DNA from: Nanobdellota archaeon
GTDB lineage: Archaea; Nanobdellota; Nanobdellia; Pacearchaeales; GW2011-AR1
Reading direction: 5' to 3'
DNA length: 64,000 nt
Assembly: GCA_021818475.1 (NCBI GenBank)
Contig: JAKADZ010000002.1
Coordinates: 536-64,535 of the forward strand
Of this stretch, positions 62,359 through 64,000 are shown piece by piece. The translations under genes were made by a program, and so were the position numbers. Numbering within the stretch: position 1 is the stretch's first letter; every line of letters begins with the position of its first letter. Below the pieces are notes generated by a model. It ran no database searches, was not told the origin of the DNA, and was given only the letters and a program-made list of their open reading frames with translations.

Positions 62359-63465
62359 ATGAATAATAAAAAGAGGATAAACAAAAAAGGTTTGTCAGAT
62401 ATTGTCGTCACATTAATAATAATTGTTCTCTCTCTTGTTGCCATCGGCGTTGTTTGGGTTGTTGTTTCTAATATTTTGAAATCGGGAACCCAACAGGCAA
62501 GTTTTCAGTTCGGAACTTTATTTTTAGATTTAAAAATTGATAAGGTTTTAGTTGACTCAAGCGGGAATTATCAGGTGACAGTCTCAAGGGGCGCCGGGCA
62601 GGGAGAGTTGACAGGAGTAGATTTTGTTTTTTCCGACGGAACAAATAGCCAGGTAGTAAAAGAAAGCACTTCAATTCAGGAATTAGGAAGCCAGACATTT
62701 ACTTTCTCTCCTTCCGATTTAGGGCAGGTTTCAATTGTTAAAGAAATTGACATTGCTCCTGTTTTAAATTCCGGGGGAACAGACCAGATTGGCAGCAAAG
62801 TTGATTCAAAGATATTTTTAGCTAAAGACATAATTCAAAATCTTGGGGGAGTTTCATGGTGGAGATTGAATGGAGATGCAAGTGATGAATTTGGAAATAA
62901 TCCAGGAACAATAGTAGGAAGTTTAAGTTTTGTTCAGGGAAGAGCAGGACAGGCAGCAAGTTTTGACGGAACCTACAAATATATTCGTGCAAGTTCAGTT
63001 AACAATTTGCCTTTAGGAAATTCTCCCAGAACGATGTTGGTTTGGATTAAACCTGCAGGTTACCCGGACCCTTCTTATAATGGAATAATAGCTTATGGAA
63101 CAATGGGATGCTATGGGGAAGGTTCAATGTTGTCTATTCAAAATAGTGGCAGACTTTCAATGGCATTTTGGTGTAATGATGCGTACCAAGCAGGAACTCC
63201 TGCCAACATTAATCAATGGAATCAGGTTGCATTTACTTATGACGGAGGAACAACAGTCAAATTTTATATGAATGGGGCATTTGCAGACACAGAATCAATT
63301 AGTTATGGACAACCGGCAGCAACGCTAAACGGTCCGTTGAGAATAGGCTGCACAGATGACCCCGGAAGATGTTTCAATGGGCAGATAGAAGATGCAATGA
63401 TTTTCAACAGAGCATTAACTGCAGGTCAGATACAAGCATTGTATAATTTAGATTTAAGCCAATAA
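62359..63465 (+). CDS. pilin-like (class III signal peptide) surface protein with LamG/concanavalin-like lectin domain
   Basis: N-terminus identical to that of 2529-3689; WWRLNGDASDEFGNN...WNQVAFTYDGGTTVKFYMNG...FNGQIEDAMIFNRALTAGQIQALY. Confidence 0.75.
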   Translation: MNNKKRINKKGLSDIVVTLIIIVLSLVAIGVVWVVVSNILKSGTQQASFQFGTLFLDLKIDKVLVDSSGNYQVTVSRGAGQGELTGVDFVFSDGTNSQVVKESTSIQELGSQTFTFSPSDLGQVSIVKEIDIAPVLNSGGTDQIGSKVDSKIFLAKDIIQNLGGVSWWRLNGDASDEFGNNPGTIVGSLSFVQGRAGQAASFDGTYKYIRASSVNNLPLGNSPRTMLVWIKPAGYPDPSYNGIIAYGTMGCYGEGSMLSIQNSGRLSMAFWCNDAYQAGTPANINQWNQVAFTYDGGTTVKFYMNGAFADTESISYGQPAATLNGPLRIGCTDDPGRCFNGQIEDAMIFNRALTAGQIQALYNLDLSQ

Positions 63466-63720
63466 AGAATATTTTTCTTCCAAATCTTGTGAAGAAATAG
63501 AAAGAGTTTTCATCTCACTTGAATCTTCATTTCTGTCATTTATTATAAAATAAAGTTGTTTAGTATGCCTGTCGTTATAAAGCCTAATTTCTCTCCGGAA
63601 TACACTGGGGAGAAGAGGCGGAACTTGGTCTAATCGCCTTAAATGTTCTTCTTTAAGCAAAAAAGTATCTAAATCCTTGCGGAGAAGAGAATCCATCGGC
63701 AGGAGATAAAGAGTTTCCAT
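63454..63720 (-). CDS. hypothetical protein (88 aa from METLYLL)
   Basis: Start trimmed to remove the 74-nt overlap with the upstream MinD-like gene. Confidence 0.35.
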   Translation of the reverse strand: METLYLLPMDSLLRKDLDTFLLKEEHLRRLDQVPPLLPSVFRREIRLYNDRHTKQLYFIINDRNEDSSEMKTLSISSQDLEEKYSLLA

Positions 63721-63721
63721 T

Positions 63722-64000
63722 TTATTTCTTTTTTCTCTTCCTGAAAACTTTTTCCCAAAGATGTTCCTTGTCTTTTTTAGAATTGTATTGAACATTCAGC
63801 AATTTAGCTGCAATTTCTTTGTAAGCCCTTGATGCATTGCTTTTGGGGTGAGTATGAACAACGGCATCTTTCAGGCTCAATGATTCCTGCACAGAAATAT
63901 CTTCTGGAACCATGCCCAAAATTGGAGCTTCAAGCATCTCCTTTACAGTTTCTGGCTGCATTTCGATATCATTCTTTTTTACTCTTGTAACAATCACACC
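63722..64000 (-). CDS. MinD/ParA-family ATPase, C-terminal part (truncated by the window edge)
   Basis: IVTRV...LGMVPEDISVQESLSLKDAVVHTHPKSNASRAYKEIAAKL. Confidence 0.6.
   Translation of the reverse strand, partial: GVIVTRVKKNDIEMQPETVKEMLEAPILGMVPEDISVQESLSLKDAVVHTHPKSNASRAYKEIAAKLLNVQYNSKKDKEHLWEKVFRKRKKK

Overview
AT-rich archaeal chromosome segment whose gene content fits a small-genome, DPANN-like archaeon. All calls come from reading motifs by eye; no searches were run.

Most of the window is housekeeping:
- Translation: pheS/pheT, metG plus a free-standing tRNA-binding domain, aIF1A, aIF2-beta, L15e, L41e, MAP2.
- Replication: RFC small and large subunits, FEN1, family-B polymerase, MCM, an RPA32-like OB-fold protein, ATP-dependent ligase.
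- Other core functions: TBP, FtsZ, Rpp30, Trm5, an NOP2/Sun methylase, UppS.
- Bacterial-looking metabolism: MetK, AckA+PduL, DgkA, rubrerythrin+desulfoferrodoxin.
- Six tRNA genes. Four carry canonical 37/38 introns, and one intron is 121 nt.

The unusual content falls into five groups:
1. A five-gene secreted/membrane cluster (48.6-52.7 kb) holds two different self-cleaving modules, a C-terminal Hint/intein-like domain and a peptidase-S74 domain.
2. Two pilin-like proteins share an identical 39-aa N-terminus kept under purifying selection. One carries a fibrinogen-like C-terminal domain and the other a LamG-like domain.
3. A modular family of repeats occupies about 20 intergenic spacers and one CDS. 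It has G-quadruplex-type cores and covarying hairpins, and nearly all copies lie in one orientation.
4. tRNA genes and pheT are flanked by short displaced copies of their own ends, offset by about 87-91 bp at the tRNAs (about 125 bp at pheT). This includes a 4.4-copy tandem array of the tRNA-Thr promoter plus its first 14 nt.
5. A cytoplasmic four-PAS histidine kinase, a receiver protein and a P-loop-less KaiC-like protein form an operon.

No CRISPR array, rRNA, transposase or integrase was seen.
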